A stretch of 64,000 nucleotides of DNA, taken from contig JBBRLJ010000026.1 in NCBI GenBank assembly GCA_038231435.1, positions 4,991 through 68,990 of the forward strand, given 5' to 3'. A program made the translations under genes and the position numbers. Shown here one piece after another: positions 31,196-41,800 of the stretch. Position 1 is the first letter of the stretch; every line of letters starts with the position of its first letter. The DNA comes from Planctomycetota bacterium (lineage in GTDB: Bacteria; Planctomycetota; UBA11346). The notes below the pieces were generated by a model. That model did no database searches and had not been told where the DNA came from. It saw only the letters and a program-made list of their open reading frames with translations.

Positions 31196-34100
31196 CTAGG
31201 GCTTCGGAATGCTGAAGTGGAAGGCAGTGCCGATGTCGATGGTCGATTCGACCCATAGACGGCCGCCATGGCGCTCGACGATCTTCTTGCAGGTCGCCAG
31301 ACCGATGCCGGCGCCGGGATACTCGGACACGGCATGGACGCGCTGGAAGAGTCCGAAGATGCGCTCGGTGTCCTCGGCGCGGATGCCGATGCCGTTGTCG
31401 GCGACCGTGAACACCCACTCGCGCTCGTCCTCGCGGGCGGAGAGGGCGACCACCACCGTGCGATCCTTGTGCTTGAACTTCACCGCGTTGCTCACCAGGT
31501 TCTGGATCAGCTGGGCGAACAGCGTCGGATCGGCGACCACCTGCGGCAGTGGGCCGATCTCGATCACCGCGGATGCCTCGACAATTTTCTTCTCGAGGTT
31601 GCCGAGCGCTGCGCGCGCCACCGCTCCCGCGTCGATGGCCCTCGCTTCGACGCCATTGTGGCCGACCTTGGAATAATCGAGGATGGCGCGGATCAGCGCC
31701 TGCAAGCGGCTGGTGGCGTCGCCCACGAAATCCATGTACTGACGACCCTTGTCATCGAGCTTCTCACCGTAGCGGCGCTGCAGCAGATCGGTGTAGCTGC
31801 GGATGGTGCGCAGCGGCTCCTGCAGGTCATGCGAGGCCACCGAGGCGAACTGCGCGAGCTCGGAGTTCGAGCGCTGCAGCTCGGCGGATGAACTCGCGAG
31901 CTCGTCGGCCACGCGCTTCCGCTCGGTGATGTCGGCGATCGCCAGCACGATCTTGCGCGTGCCGTCGTCGGAGCCCTCGAGCAGGCGCGCGTTCAGCAGC
32001 ATGGTGCGCCGCCCCAGATCCTTGAACTCGTGGGTGACCTCGAAGTTCTCTAGCGCGCCGCCGCCATCCAGGATGAGGTCGAGCAGCCGCTTGAGCTCAG
32101 GGATGTCCCACTCGCCGTCGCCGAGGCGGTAGATGCACTGCTTCAATACGTTCTCAGGCAACAGGCCGAAAACCCGGAAGAACGCGCGATTGGCGGTCTG
32201 GACCAGCAGGTCGGCATCGAGCACCAGCAGCGGATCGCGCACCGTCTCGACGATCGCCTTGGCGGTGGCGCCGGATTTGCGCAGGGTCTCTTGGATGCGC
32301 TTGCTGGCTTCGATGTCGATGTAGGTGGCCACTGCGCCGGCAATGCCGCCACCCTCGGTGAGGTAGGGCGTGATGCGCAGCGAGAACCAATGCCCAGCGC
32401 GGTTGCGCACCTCGACGGCCTTGGCCATGCGCGTGCGCATCACCTCGTCGACGACCTGATCCATGCCTGGTCCGCTGAAGCCGAGATCCAGCCCGCCGAT
32501 ACTGCGTCCGAGATCGGCGTGGCCCAGGTGCAGGACCTGGGCCGTGGGACCGGACAGGCGCCGGATGCGTTGTTCGCCATCGAGCATCACCACCGGCAGG
32601 TCGATGCCGTCGAGCAGATTGGTGAGGTCGTTGCTGAGGCCGGTCAGCTCGAGGTTGCGATTGCGCAGCTCTTCATTGAGCGTGGCGAGCTCCTCGTTGG
32701 CGGACTCCACCTCCTCCTTGGCGGTCTGCAGCTCCTCGTTGGTGCAGCGCAGCTCTTCATTGGCCGAGGTCGACTCGTCGTTGGCGAAGCGCAGCTCGTC
32801 GTTGACGGCGTTGTTCTCTTCGGTCAGCGACTCCATGTAATCGTTCGCGGCGGTGAGCTCCTGCTTGAGCTGGGCATAGTCGCGGCCTTCAGCCGCAGCC
32901 TGCGCAGGAGACGAAACAGATGCCATGGTCGCCTGCGGCAGCGGCCGATCCGGCGCCTCTTCGAAAAGGATGAGGATCGCTGGCTCGGGCGAGCCGGGCA
33001 GGCGCACCAGGCTGATCTCGATGTCGATCAGGCGCAGGCGCTGATCGTCGCGCAGGCGTACGCCCTTGCGGCGCACGGTGACGTTCTGCCGCTTGGCCTC
33101 GTCGATCGCCCGCGACAGCTCCTGCGCGAGGCCATGCGGCACCATCTTGAGCAGGTTCAGGCTGGCCTGGCCCTGCGCGGGGTCGAGGAAGGACGCGGTC
33201 TGGCCGCGGAACTGGATGATGGTGTTCTCGGCATCAACGAGCACCCCGGCGGGCGCGTAGCGCCCGAGCACGATACGGTCGGCCGCGCGCTGCAGCTCGC
33301 TCAGCGACGGCGCGCGCAGGCCTGCGTCGGTTGACCCAACAGTGCGCCGGTTTCCGGGAAACAGTGGCGGGTGTATCCGCGTCGCGATCGCCTTCTTCAC
33401 ATACACGCGGTTCTTGGCATCGACGGCGTCGAAGAGATCCGTCGACCTGCCGACGGTCTCGGAGCTGCCGAGCACCAGGAAGCCACCGGCGTTCAAGGTG
33501 TAGTGGAAGGTCGGGATCACGCGCGCCTGCAACGCCGGAGTCAGGTAGATGAGCACGTTGCGGCAACTGATCACGTCGATCTTCGAGAACGGGGTGTCGG
33601 CGGTGACGTCGTGCTTGGCGAAGACGCAGAGGTCGCGGATCGACTTGTTGATGCGGTAGCCCTCGGGCACCTTGGTGAAATGGCGACGCAGGCGCTCGGG
33701 CGAGACCTCGGCCTCGATGCTGGCGGGGTAGACGCCGATGCGCGCGGTGGCGAGCGAGCCCTCGCTGATGTCGGTGGCGAAGATCTGGATCTGGCGATGG
33801 CGCTGCTGGCCATCGACGTGCTCGATCAGCTCCATGGCGAGCGAGTACGCCTCTTGCCCGGTCGAGCACGCGACCACCCAGATGCGGATCGGCGCGTCGT
33901 CGACACGCTCCTTGGTGAGCCGGGGGAAGACCAGGTTCTTCACCGCGTCGAAGACCACCTGATCGCGGAAGAAGCTGGTGACGTTGATGAGCACGTCCTT
34001 GAGCAGCACCTGCGCTTCCTTGATCTCGTCGCCGAGCACGCGCACGTATTCGACGAGCGTGGCGATGTTGCGCAGGGCCATGCGGCGCAGGATGCGGCGC

Positions 34101-34897
34101 TTGATGGTGGAGGCGCGGTAGAGCTCGAAATCGATGTGCGCGGTATTCTTGAGCACCGCAAGCACGGCGGCGTAGCTCTGGCCGTCGCCTGGGAACGGAT
34201 CGGCATCGTAGGCGCGGCCCTCGCGCAGGTAGGCGTGGCGGCTGATCCTCGCGATCTCGTGGGCGATCTCGGCCGGATTGAGCGCGAAATCGGAGCTGCC
34301 GTAGGCGATCGCGCTGGCCGGCATCTCGGCGCTCTCGGCCGAAGCCGGATCCTGGGCGAAGGTGATGCCTCCGGCCGCCTTGATCTCGGCCAGACCCAGG
34401 GTGCCGTCCGAGCCGGTGCCCGAGAGCACCACGCCGATGGCGCGACTGGCGCGGTCTGCCGCCAGCGAGCGCATGAAGAAATCGATCGAGAGGTGCAGGC
34501 CGTGCGTCGACACGCGTGGCGTCAGGCGCAGGACGCGCTTCTCGATGGCCATATTGACGTTGGGAGCGATGACGTAGACGTGGTTGGGGGCCACTTCCAT
34601 GCCGTCGCTGACCTCGGTCACCGGCATGCGCGTGTCCTTGGCGAGGATCTCGGCCAAGCGACTGCCCTGCAGCGGAGCGAGATGCTGCACCAGCACGAAG
34701 GCCATGCCGGTGTCGAGCGGGATCACAGCGAGGAATGCGCCGAATGCCGCCAACCCGCCAGCAGAGGCACCGACGCACACCACCGGAAACTGCGGAAGAC
34801 CCCGCGCCTGCTCGGATCCGTCCTCGTCGGCGGCGGGCGACACGATGACGTCGAGCGCGTCCTTGCCGAGGGCTTCGATGATCGTCTCGTCGGACAT
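31196..34897 (-). CDS. CheB methylesterase - CheR methyltransferase - PAS - histidine kinase fusion protein (1233 aa)
   Basis: CheB: FPVVCVGASAGGLAAF...SGTGSDGTLG. CheR: IWVVACSTGQEAYSLAMEL. Coiled-coil/PAS. H-box SVASHDLQEPLRTI. HATPase_c GAGIGLATCKKIVERHGGRLWVEST. Confidence 0.85.
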   Translation of the reverse strand: MSDETIIEALGKDALDVIVSPAADEDGSEQARGLPQFPVVCVGASAGGLAAFGAFLAVIPLDTGMAFVLVQHLAPLQGSRLAEILAKDTRMPVTEVSDGMEVAPNHVYVIAPNVNMAIEKRVLRLTPRVSTHGLHLSIDFFMRSLAADRASRAIGVVLSGTGSDGTLGLAEIKAAGGITFAQDPASAESAEMPASAIAYGSSDFALNPAEIAHEIARISRHAYLREGRAYDADPFPGDGQSYAAVLAVLKNTAHIDFELYRASTIKRRILRRMALRNIATLVEYVRVLGDEIKEAQVLLKDVLINVTSFFRDQVVFDAVKNLVFPRLTKERVDDAPIRIWVVACSTGQEAYSLAMELIEHVDGQQRHRQIQIFATDISEGSLATARIGVYPASIEAEVSPERLRRHFTKVPEGYRINKSIRDLCVFAKHDVTADTPFSKIDVISCRNVLIYLTPALQARVIPTFHYTLNAGGFLVLGSSETVGRSTDLFDAVDAKNRVYVKKAIATRIHPPLFPGNRRTVGSTDAGLRAPSLSELQRAADRIVLGRYAPAGVLVDAENTIIQFRGQTASFLDPAQGQASLNLLKMVPHGLAQELSRAIDEAKRQNVTVRRKGVRLRDDQRLRLIDIEISLVRLPGSPEPAILILFEEAPDRPLPQATMASVSSPAQAAAEGRDYAQLKQELTAANDYMESLTEENNAVNDELRFANDESTSANEELRCTNEELQTAKEEVESANEELATLNEELRNRNLELTGLSNDLTNLLDGIDLPVVMLDGEQRIRRLSGPTAQVLHLGHADLGRSIGGLDLGFSGPGMDQVVDEVMRTRMAKAVEVRNRAGHWFSLRITPYLTEGGGIAGAVATYIDIEASKRIQETLRKSGATAKAIVETVRDPLLVLDADLLVQTANRAFFRVFGLLPENVLKQCIYRLGDGEWDIPELKRLLDLILDGGGALENFEVTHEFKDLGRRTMLLNARLLEGSDDGTRKIVLAIADITERKRVADELASSSAELQRSNSELAQFASVASHDLQEPLRTIRSYTDLLQRRYGEKLDDKGRQYMDFVGDATSRLQALIRAILDYSKVGHNGVEARAIDAGAVARAALGNLEKKIVEASAVIEIGPLPQVVADPTLFAQLIQNLVSNAVKFKHKDRTVVVALSAREDEREWVFTVADNGIGIRAEDTERIFGLFQRVHAVSEYPGAGIGLATCKKIVERHGGRLWVESTIDIGTAFHFSIPKP

Positions 34898-35145
34898 GTG
34901 GTTCCCGGATTCTTCCTAGATCATCGTGGGCTTGCCGGAGCGGCGCCGGGAAGCCATGCCAGGCGCTAGGGCGAGAGTGCCGCGGGCTGGACCTGTCATC
35001 GTACCCATGTTCGATGGGAAGCCCGACTAATATGTGTTTCGCCGAGATGCGTCGCCCGGCGTAGCGCCGGGCGACGCTCGCCAACCCCCAGCTCGGCCGG
35101 GTCCCCTTAGCGCTGCCCTGCCCCAGCCCTCGAGGGACGAATCCT

Positions 35146-35988
35146 TCACGCGGCGTCGCCGCGCGAAGCGACCAGCTTGGCGAAGCGGGCGACGGCCCGG
35201 GCCACGTCCAGGTACTGATCCCAGCTGCGTGGCGTGATCAGGCAGCTCGCGGCCCCGTGGCGCAGGGCGTCGTCGCGATCCTCTGGGTGCAGGCTCGTGC
35301 TCATGACCATGACCGGGACCTTGGCGCCTTCCGTCAAGCGGTAGCGGCTGAGGAATTCGTAGCCCTGCGCCGGGGCGGCGTCGAGGTCGAGCAGGATGAC
35401 GTCCGGACGGCTCGCGCCGGGACGTGCCAGGCGCTCGAGCGCGGCGGCGACATGCGGTACGCGTTCATGGATGATCCGCGACGCGGTGGCGACGAAGGCC
35501 CTGTCAATCAGCTCGAGCTCCTCGTGGTTCTCCCGGATATGCAGCACCATGGGCAGGGCCGCGGCCCCCTGATGCTCGGATCCGGCCTCGGGATTGCGCA
35601 CCAGGGCCCGGTCCTGTTCGCGGCGGGCGATGGCCTGCCGGATCTCCTCGCAGATGACCGGCAGCGCGCATGGCTTGGTCAGGTACCGTTCCGACCAGCG
35701 GCTGCCGGTGGCGATCGACACCTCGTCGACCATTCCCGACAGGATGATGCGGACCACCCAGGGATAGCGCAGCAGCACCTCGCGGGTCAGATCGGATCCG
35801 GACATCGTGGGCATGCGCAGATCGCTGACCAGGACATCGATGTGCTCCGAGGCGAGCAGCCTGATCGCGTCGACGGCATTGCCGACGAAGCGCACCGGCC
35901 AATCCGGCGCGGTGAGGTGCATGCCCCTCTGCAGGGCCGCGAGGATCGAGGGTTCATCGTCGACGAAGAGCACGCTGGGGAACGCCAT
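35146..35988 (-). CDS. response regulator with two receiver domains (REC-REC)
   Basis: VLFVDDEPSILAAL...VLVSDLRMPTMSG, and a second REC (PDVILLDLDAAPAQGYEF...VMVMSTS). Confidence 0.7.
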   Translation of the reverse strand: MAFPSVLFVDDEPSILAALQRGMHLTAPDWPVRFVGNAVDAIRLLASEHIDVLVSDLRMPTMSGSDLTREVLLRYPWVVRIILSGMVDEVSIATGSRWSERYLTKPCALPVICEEIRQAIARREQDRALVRNPEAGSEHQGAAALPMVLHIRENHEELELIDRAFVATASRIIHERVPHVAAALERLARPGASRPDVILLDLDAAPAQGYEFLSRYRLTEGAKVPVMVMSTSLHPEDRDDALRHGAASCLITPRSWDQYLDVARAVARFAKLVASRGDAA

Positions 35989-36119
35989 GCGGAAGCCCTC
36001 CACCGGGACCTCGGAGGATACCGATGGCACGGCTGGACCCTGCACGAATTGCCGGGTATCGCCTAGGCCCAGGGTAGGCCAGCTGCATGCCTCTCAGGCA
36101 CGCGCAGCACGCGTGAGCA

Positions 36120-36277
36120 CGCGCATCGGCAGCACCCCGGTGATCGTCTTCACCACCTCCAAGAGCCCGGTCGACCGCAACCGCTGTCTGGCGCTCGGCG
36201 CCACTGCGGTGATATCCAAGCCCAACTCATTCGATGAGCTGGTCGGCGTCGCCAAGTCCATCATCGCGTACTGCTAG
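36120..36277 (+). pseudogene. C-terminal remnant of a receiver domain (about 50 codons)
   Basis: ...TPVIVFTTSKSPVDRNRCLALGATAVISKPNSFDELVGVAKSIIAYC* equals the alpha4-beta5-alpha5 end of a REC domain. The upstream part of the ORF (35807..) is Arg/Ser-rich antisense of the REC-REC gene. Confidence 0.45.
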
Positions 36278-36370
36278 AACCCCTCTCTCAGGGAGCGCCT
36301 TATCCCCAGCGAGCCGCTGGGGATTCTCGATGTCACACTTCACAGTTGAGATTAAGAAGGTACGAAGGAA

Positions 36371-37189
36371 TTGCCGCCGGATCCTTCCGCGCCTACCTTA
36401 GGATGCAGGCACTGCGTGCTGACCTTCTCTACCGCCACCCACCGCGATCTGCTCGATGTCCAGGATCGCCTGCGTCCGCGGCTGCGCGCAGCGACCACCC
36501 TCGAGGGCGCCGCCCGCGAGGCCATCCAGGCCATCTACACTGAATTCAGTAGCAGCGTGGTGCTGGCGAGAATGTTCGTCACCCTGCCGTTCGGCAAGCT
36601 TCCCGAAGATCTGCGTCGCGCGGCCTGGGAGATCGTCGAGGCCCAGGGCCTGCACGCCTCGGTGCGCGACCATACCCCGGTGCTCACCCTGCTGAGCACC
36701 TGCGGCAAGAACGAGGACTGGCGCGACCGTCGGCGTTCGCGCGGCCACGCGGCGATCCCGTTGTGCTCGGCAAGCTTCGTCGACTCGATCCCGATGGTCG
36801 CGCGCATGCTGCAGGAGATGGGCGTCGATCTCGGCCTACGCGCCGATCCGGATCCGTTCGCCCAGAAGGTGCTCAGCGCGGGCTGGGTCGGCCTGTTCCA
36901 TGTCGAGGATGCGCGCAGCGCGCGCGACGACCTCGGCCGGCGGATCATCCCCGCCAGCGATTTCGTCGACACCTACAGCGTGCGCACGGTCTTCGGCCTG
37001 GGCAAGGCCTACGGCAACGGATCGATCGCCAACTTCGTGGTCTTCACCAATGCAATCGTCGGACGTGATCGCCTCGAGGCGCTGGTGCCATTCGTCAACG
37101 CCTTCAAGGCCGCGACGCTCGACCTAGTGTCCGCTGGCTCCTTCTTCGACCCGGCGGCCGCGACCGGATCCTCGCCAAGTCCGACGTAA
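36371..37189 (+). CDS. hypothetical protein
   Basis: Reasonable composition and GC3. No recognisable motif. Start uncertain (ATG 36371 or GTG about 36416). Confidence 0.4.
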   Translation: MPPDPSAPTLGCRHCVLTFSTATHRDLLDVQDRLRPRLRAATTLEGAAREAIQAIYTEFSSSVVLARMFVTLPFGKLPEDLRRAAWEIVEAQGLHASVRDHTPVLTLLSTCGKNEDWRDRRRSRGHAAIPLCSASFVDSIPMVARMLQEMGVDLGLRADPDPFAQKVLSAGWVGLFHVEDARSARDDLGRRIIPASDFVDTYSVRTVFGLGKAYGNGSIANFVVFTNAIVGRDRLEALVPFVNAFKAATLDLVSAGSFFDPAAATGSSPSPT

Positions 37190-37356
37190 GCGGCATCTGC
37201 CAGCGGCCAGCGGCCTGAAAGAAGCGTCTCGCACATGCGAGACTCCCGCTTGGTCGGTCGGCGACACGGATTCTCGTCCATTTGCATCGCTTCCTGCCCA
37301 GGTAGGGTTTCCGCACCTGTCCGTCGCCGACGACGGCAGCCTGACGAAAGCCCACC

Positions 37357-38775
37357 ATGGATGCCTCGACGTACGATCTGGTGGTCATCGGCGGCGGTCC
37401 CGCCGGCAACAGCGCGGCGCTGATCGCCGCGGCGTTCGGCAAGCGCGTGGCCCTGATCGAGATGGCGGCGGAAGTAGGCGGCGCCGGCATCAACACCGGC
37501 ACCATCCCGAGCAAGACGCTGCGCGAGAACGCCCTGGTCATCGCCGGCGGACGCCAGCGCGCCCTGACCTGCATCGAGATGCGGGTGAAACCGCAAGCGA
37601 CGTTGGAGTCGCTCACCCAGCAGGTGAGCGGTGTCGAGCATTCGATGCGCAAGGAATGGGAATCGCGCCTCGACCAGCGCGAGGTGACCGTCATGAAGGG
37701 CAAGGCGCGCTTCACCGACGACCACACCATCGAGGTCAGCGGAGCGTCGGGCGTCACCAGCGTGCGCGGCGAGAAGATCGTGGTCAGCACCGGTTCGTCT
37801 CCTGTCCGGCCGCCCGGGTTCGACTTCGCTCATCCGCGCATCCACGATTCGAATGAGATCCTGATGATCACCGAGCTGCCTCAGCGCCTGGCGGTGGTTG
37901 GCGCTGGCGTGATCGGCGCCGAATACGCCTGCACCTTTGCCACGCTCGGCGTCGAGGTGCATCTCATCGACGGTCGCGACGCGCTGATGCCGTTCCTCGA
38001 CCGCGACATCTCCGGAGCGATCGCCGCTGGCATGGCCGCGGCCGGCATCCGTTTCCACTGGAAGGAGGTGGTGCTCAGCTGCACCACCTCGGCCGGCGGA
38101 GACATCGACATCGAGCTGTCCTCGGGCGCCAAGCTGCTGGTCACCGACGTGCTGGTGGCGGCGGGGCGCAGCAGCAACACCGACGGCCTCGGCCTGGAAG
38201 CCGCCGGCGTCGCGCTCGGCAAGCGCGGCCTGGTGCCGGTGAACACCTGGTACCAGACCGCGGTGCCGCACATCTACGCCGCCGGCGACGTGGTGGGCCC
38301 GCCTTCGCTGGCGGCGACCAGCATGGAGCAGGCACGCGTGGCGGTGTGCCACGCCTTCGGACTGATGAAGAAGGAGTTGCCGCCGCTCCTGCCCACCGGC
38401 ATCTACACCATCCCCGAGGCGGGCACCATCGGCGCGACCGAGGAGGAGCTCATCGCCGCCGGCACGCCGTACGTCGTCGGCCGCGCCCCCTATCGCCTGA
38501 ACCCGCGCGGGCGCATCATCGGCGACCACCACGGACTGCTGAAGCTGCTCTTCCACCGCGACAACAACCTGCTGCTCGGCGTCCACGTGGTCGGCGAGCA
38601 GGCCACCGAACTGGTGCACATCGGCATGATGGCGATGCTGTGCGGCTGCACCGACGACATCTTCGCCCGCGCCTGCTTCAACTACCCGACGCTCGGCGAC
38701 CTCTACAAGTACGCCACCTACGACGCCTCGATGGCCCGCCGCGGCGACATCAAGCAGCTGACGCTGCCGGACTGA
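37357..38775 (+). CDS. sthA: soluble pyridine nucleotide transhydrogenase (SthA/UdhA-like flavoprotein)
   Basis: YDLVVIGGGPAG...GTIPSK; DFAHPRIHDSNEIL...LAVVGAGVIGAEYA; IPTGIYTIPE...VGRA...LKLLFHRD...FNYPTLGDLYKYA. Collinear with E. coli SthA throughout. Confidence 0.8.
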   Translation: MDASTYDLVVIGGGPAGNSAALIAAAFGKRVALIEMAAEVGGAGINTGTIPSKTLRENALVIAGGRQRALTCIEMRVKPQATLESLTQQVSGVEHSMRKEWESRLDQREVTVMKGKARFTDDHTIEVSGASGVTSVRGEKIVVSTGSSPVRPPGFDFAHPRIHDSNEILMITELPQRLAVVGAGVIGAEYACTFATLGVEVHLIDGRDALMPFLDRDISGAIAAGMAAAGIRFHWKEVVLSCTTSAGGDIDIELSSGAKLLVTDVLVAAGRSSNTDGLGLEAAGVALGKRGLVPVNTWYQTAVPHIYAAGDVVGPPSLAATSMEQARVAVCHAFGLMKKELPPLLPTGIYTIPEAGTIGATEEELIAAGTPYVVGRAPYRLNPRGRIIGDHHGLLKLLFHRDNNLLLGVHVVGEQATELVHIGMMAMLCGCTDDIFARACFNYPTLGDLYKYATYDASMARRGDIKQLTLPD

Positions 38776-38811
38776 TGCTGCCGGACGGAAGGCGGCGACC
38801 ATGGCGCGCGT

Positions 38812-41800
38812 TCACAGCGCGCCGTCGTCGTACCAGCGGTCGCTGAGCAACGCGCGCGGGTGCCCGCGATGCGCGACCACGGTTCCGCAATGGCTGGCAT
38901 AGGTGGAGACGAAATCGTCGAACACGCGGTCGAGCGCCAGACCGTGTCGGTTGGTATAGGTACGGAAGGCCAGGATCCCCTCCGGAGTCAGCGCCAGGAG
39001 CCGACGGCCGACGACGTTGCCGCCCGCCTCTCGCGCCCATGCCACCGTCTTGTCGACGTCGATCGCGTTCGATACCGCGCTCCAGGCGTTGATGCCGCGC
39101 AGCGACAGGCACGAGGCGAAGCCGTATTCGCCCATGAACAGGATCTCGAACGGATCGGATTCGACCGAGAGGGTCAGCGAGCCCTCGTAGTCCGAATCGG
39201 GCGTCTGCTCGGCGAGACGCACGCGCTCGAGGTTCATCTGCACCTCCTGCATCAGCTCCGGATCCGGCGGCTGCCTGGGTCGGCGCGCGCCTGCCGCATC
39301 CTCATCCGGGGTTTCCTCTCGCGCTGGAATCCCAGCCGCCAGCGCGGCGAAGGCCGCGGCCAGCTCCTCGTAGTCCTCAGCGGCGAGGCCTTCGGCTCCG
39401 GCACGCTCGAGCAGCGCGCGCGTCTGGGCGAGATCGGCCTTGATGCGCCGACGCTTCTCGGCCTGCGAATCCTTGGCGCGGTACTGCACCTGCTTGCTGA
39501 ACGGGGCGCGCCAGCGCTCGAGCGTGATCCCTGGCCGCGCCTCGCGCACGCGTGTCGCCCAGGCCAGCGCCGCGGGCTCGTCGCGCAGCCAGGCGTGCTC
39601 GCGGCCGGCGATGCGGTCCTCGATCAGGCGGCGCAGCCAGCGGGTGTTCTCGGGCAGGTTGCCGATCGCCTGGAACCACAGGAACGCGGGAAGGATCTTC
39701 GCCTCGACCCGCTCGATGTCGACGTCGCGCCCGAGCACGTCGCGGACGCGGTTGCGATAGAGCACCATGCGCGAGCGCTCGACCGCCGCGACCGCGATCG
39801 CCGTCGCCTCGGCGCGCAGCGAGTCGCGCAGCGTCTTGGCGAGGTCCTTCTTCTCGCGCTTGAGCAGCGCCCGCGCATCCGATGACAGCGCCGCGGCCGC
39901 GCCGTCCCCGGGATCGGCGAGCGCGAGCCGATACGCCGGATCCGACCAGCACGCGAGCTGCCGGCGCAGCGATGCCAGCCGCTCCTCGAGCCCACGGCGC
40001 TTGCCCGGGTCGGAGGCCGCGATGCGGGCGGCGATCACCGAGGCTTCGCCATCGGCAGCGGCGGCGCGCGCGGCGAAGGCCTCGAGCGGCCCCGGCTTGG
40101 TCGGCGCGTCGAAGCGCCGACGCAGCTCGGCGACCAGGCTGTGCAGTCCGGACAACTCGGCGTCGGCGGACAGGAACCCCACGCTGGGCGGAAAGGGGTG
40201 ATCCGGCGGATGACCGATGTCGAACTTGCGCAGGAACTCCTCGTGCTCGGCTCCGGTCGCGCACAGGTAGTGCAGTTGGAAGGCGCCTTCGAGGTAGCTC
40301 TCCGCCGAGGCCGTCGACACCGCGTCGTCGCCAGAACTGTCGATGATGAACATCAGGAAGTCCCAGATCGGCGAGAACTTCTCGGACTCCTCTCCGTCGG
40401 CGCCACGGCGATGCGGCGGGATCTTCCGCCACAGCACCACCGTGGCCGCGTAGCGCAGCGCCTCGAGCAGCACCTGGCGGCGCGCGCGCAGCTTCTGCCT
40501 GAACATGATCGCCATCAGCGCGCGAGCGCGGCGCGAGCCCACGCGCGGCGGTTCGCGCAGTGCCTGCTCGAGGCCCGAGCGGATGTGCGCCGCTTCCGAG
40601 ATCGCGATCAGCGACTCCATCTCCTCGGCGCGCACGAACGAGCGGTTCACCGGCTCAAGCGCCAGGCATTCGAAGAGCGCGAGCGTGCACTCGCGGGTGA
40701 ATTCCGGCCGCAGGCCGAGCAGTGTCTTGAAGAAGCCGAAGGCGAAGTTGGTGGCGTGGGGGATGTTGCGCAGCGCCGCGTCGACCTCGGAAACGCCGAT
40801 GAGCTCGGGGCGCTCCTTCGCGCAGCGGTGGAGGAAGTCGTAGGCGCCGTACGCGTCGGCCGCGAATCCGGCGCACAGCGCTTGGACGACATCCGGCCGC
40901 ACCAGGGCGATGGCATCGTGCTGGAACGAGTACTTCACGCTGTGGATGCCCGGTTTCGGAAAGCGCAGGACCAACGCCACATAGCGATCGAAGAGAGCGC
41001 GCGCACGCTGCGGATGCACGTCGATCAGGCGCCTGAGGATGGTCAGCAAGGTTCCCGGCTCCGTCACAGCCAGCGCGCCGAGCGCATCGAGCATCGCGTC
41101 GTCGAAGAGCTCGGGACGCGCGTGCGCCGCGCCGGCGAAGAACTTCCAGCCAGCCTCGGGCGCTGCCGGCAGGTGCGCTCGCACCGCCGCCACCAGCTCG
41201 GGCACCTGCAGCGCCCCCTGATCCGCCGCGACCGCCGCGATGGCCTCGAGCGAGGCGGCGGGATGCTCGGCGACGACACGCAGCACCGAGGCGATCAGCA
41301 CCGACGCTTCATCCGGGCGATGCCCGGCGAGGCTCAGCAGCGCCACACCGTGGCTCTTCGGCGCCGCCGTGCGATGCCGCTCCATCCAGGCGAGATGCTC
41401 GGAAAGGATCAATGCAGGCCGGTACATCGCCGCCGATTCGCAGATGCCCCAGGCCCCCTCCGGCGAGCTCGCGCCATGCTCGGCCACCGCGGCGAGCCAG
41501 CTCGCATCGAGCAGCGCGCAGTATTCGTGGAGGTTGTAGCCGGCGGTGTCCAGCGCGGGGGCGGTGAACCGGGGCAGCAGCGCGAGATAGCGCCCGACCA
41601 ACGCTTCGCGCCGCTCGGCATCCTTGGCGGCGACGTCCAGCAGCAGTGCGAAGAAGCTCGCCGGCGCCTCGGCCATGCGGCGCTGCAGGGCTTCCAGCGT
41701 ATCGTCGTCGACCAGGTACGGCCGGACACGGGCGTTGTCGCGGATCCGGTTCCAGCCCTCGCCGCCCGACCGGTCCAGGTACTCGTCGAGCGTCGACACG

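Noticed and set aside
33234-35084. 616-aa Arg-rich minus-strand ORF and other long R/G/P-rich frames (e.g. 28289..29695, 9396..10433, 56253..56960, 19118..19586)
   Set aside because: Alternative frames of confidently assigned genes, with extreme Arg/Pro/Gly content characteristic of out-of-frame translation in high-GC DNA.
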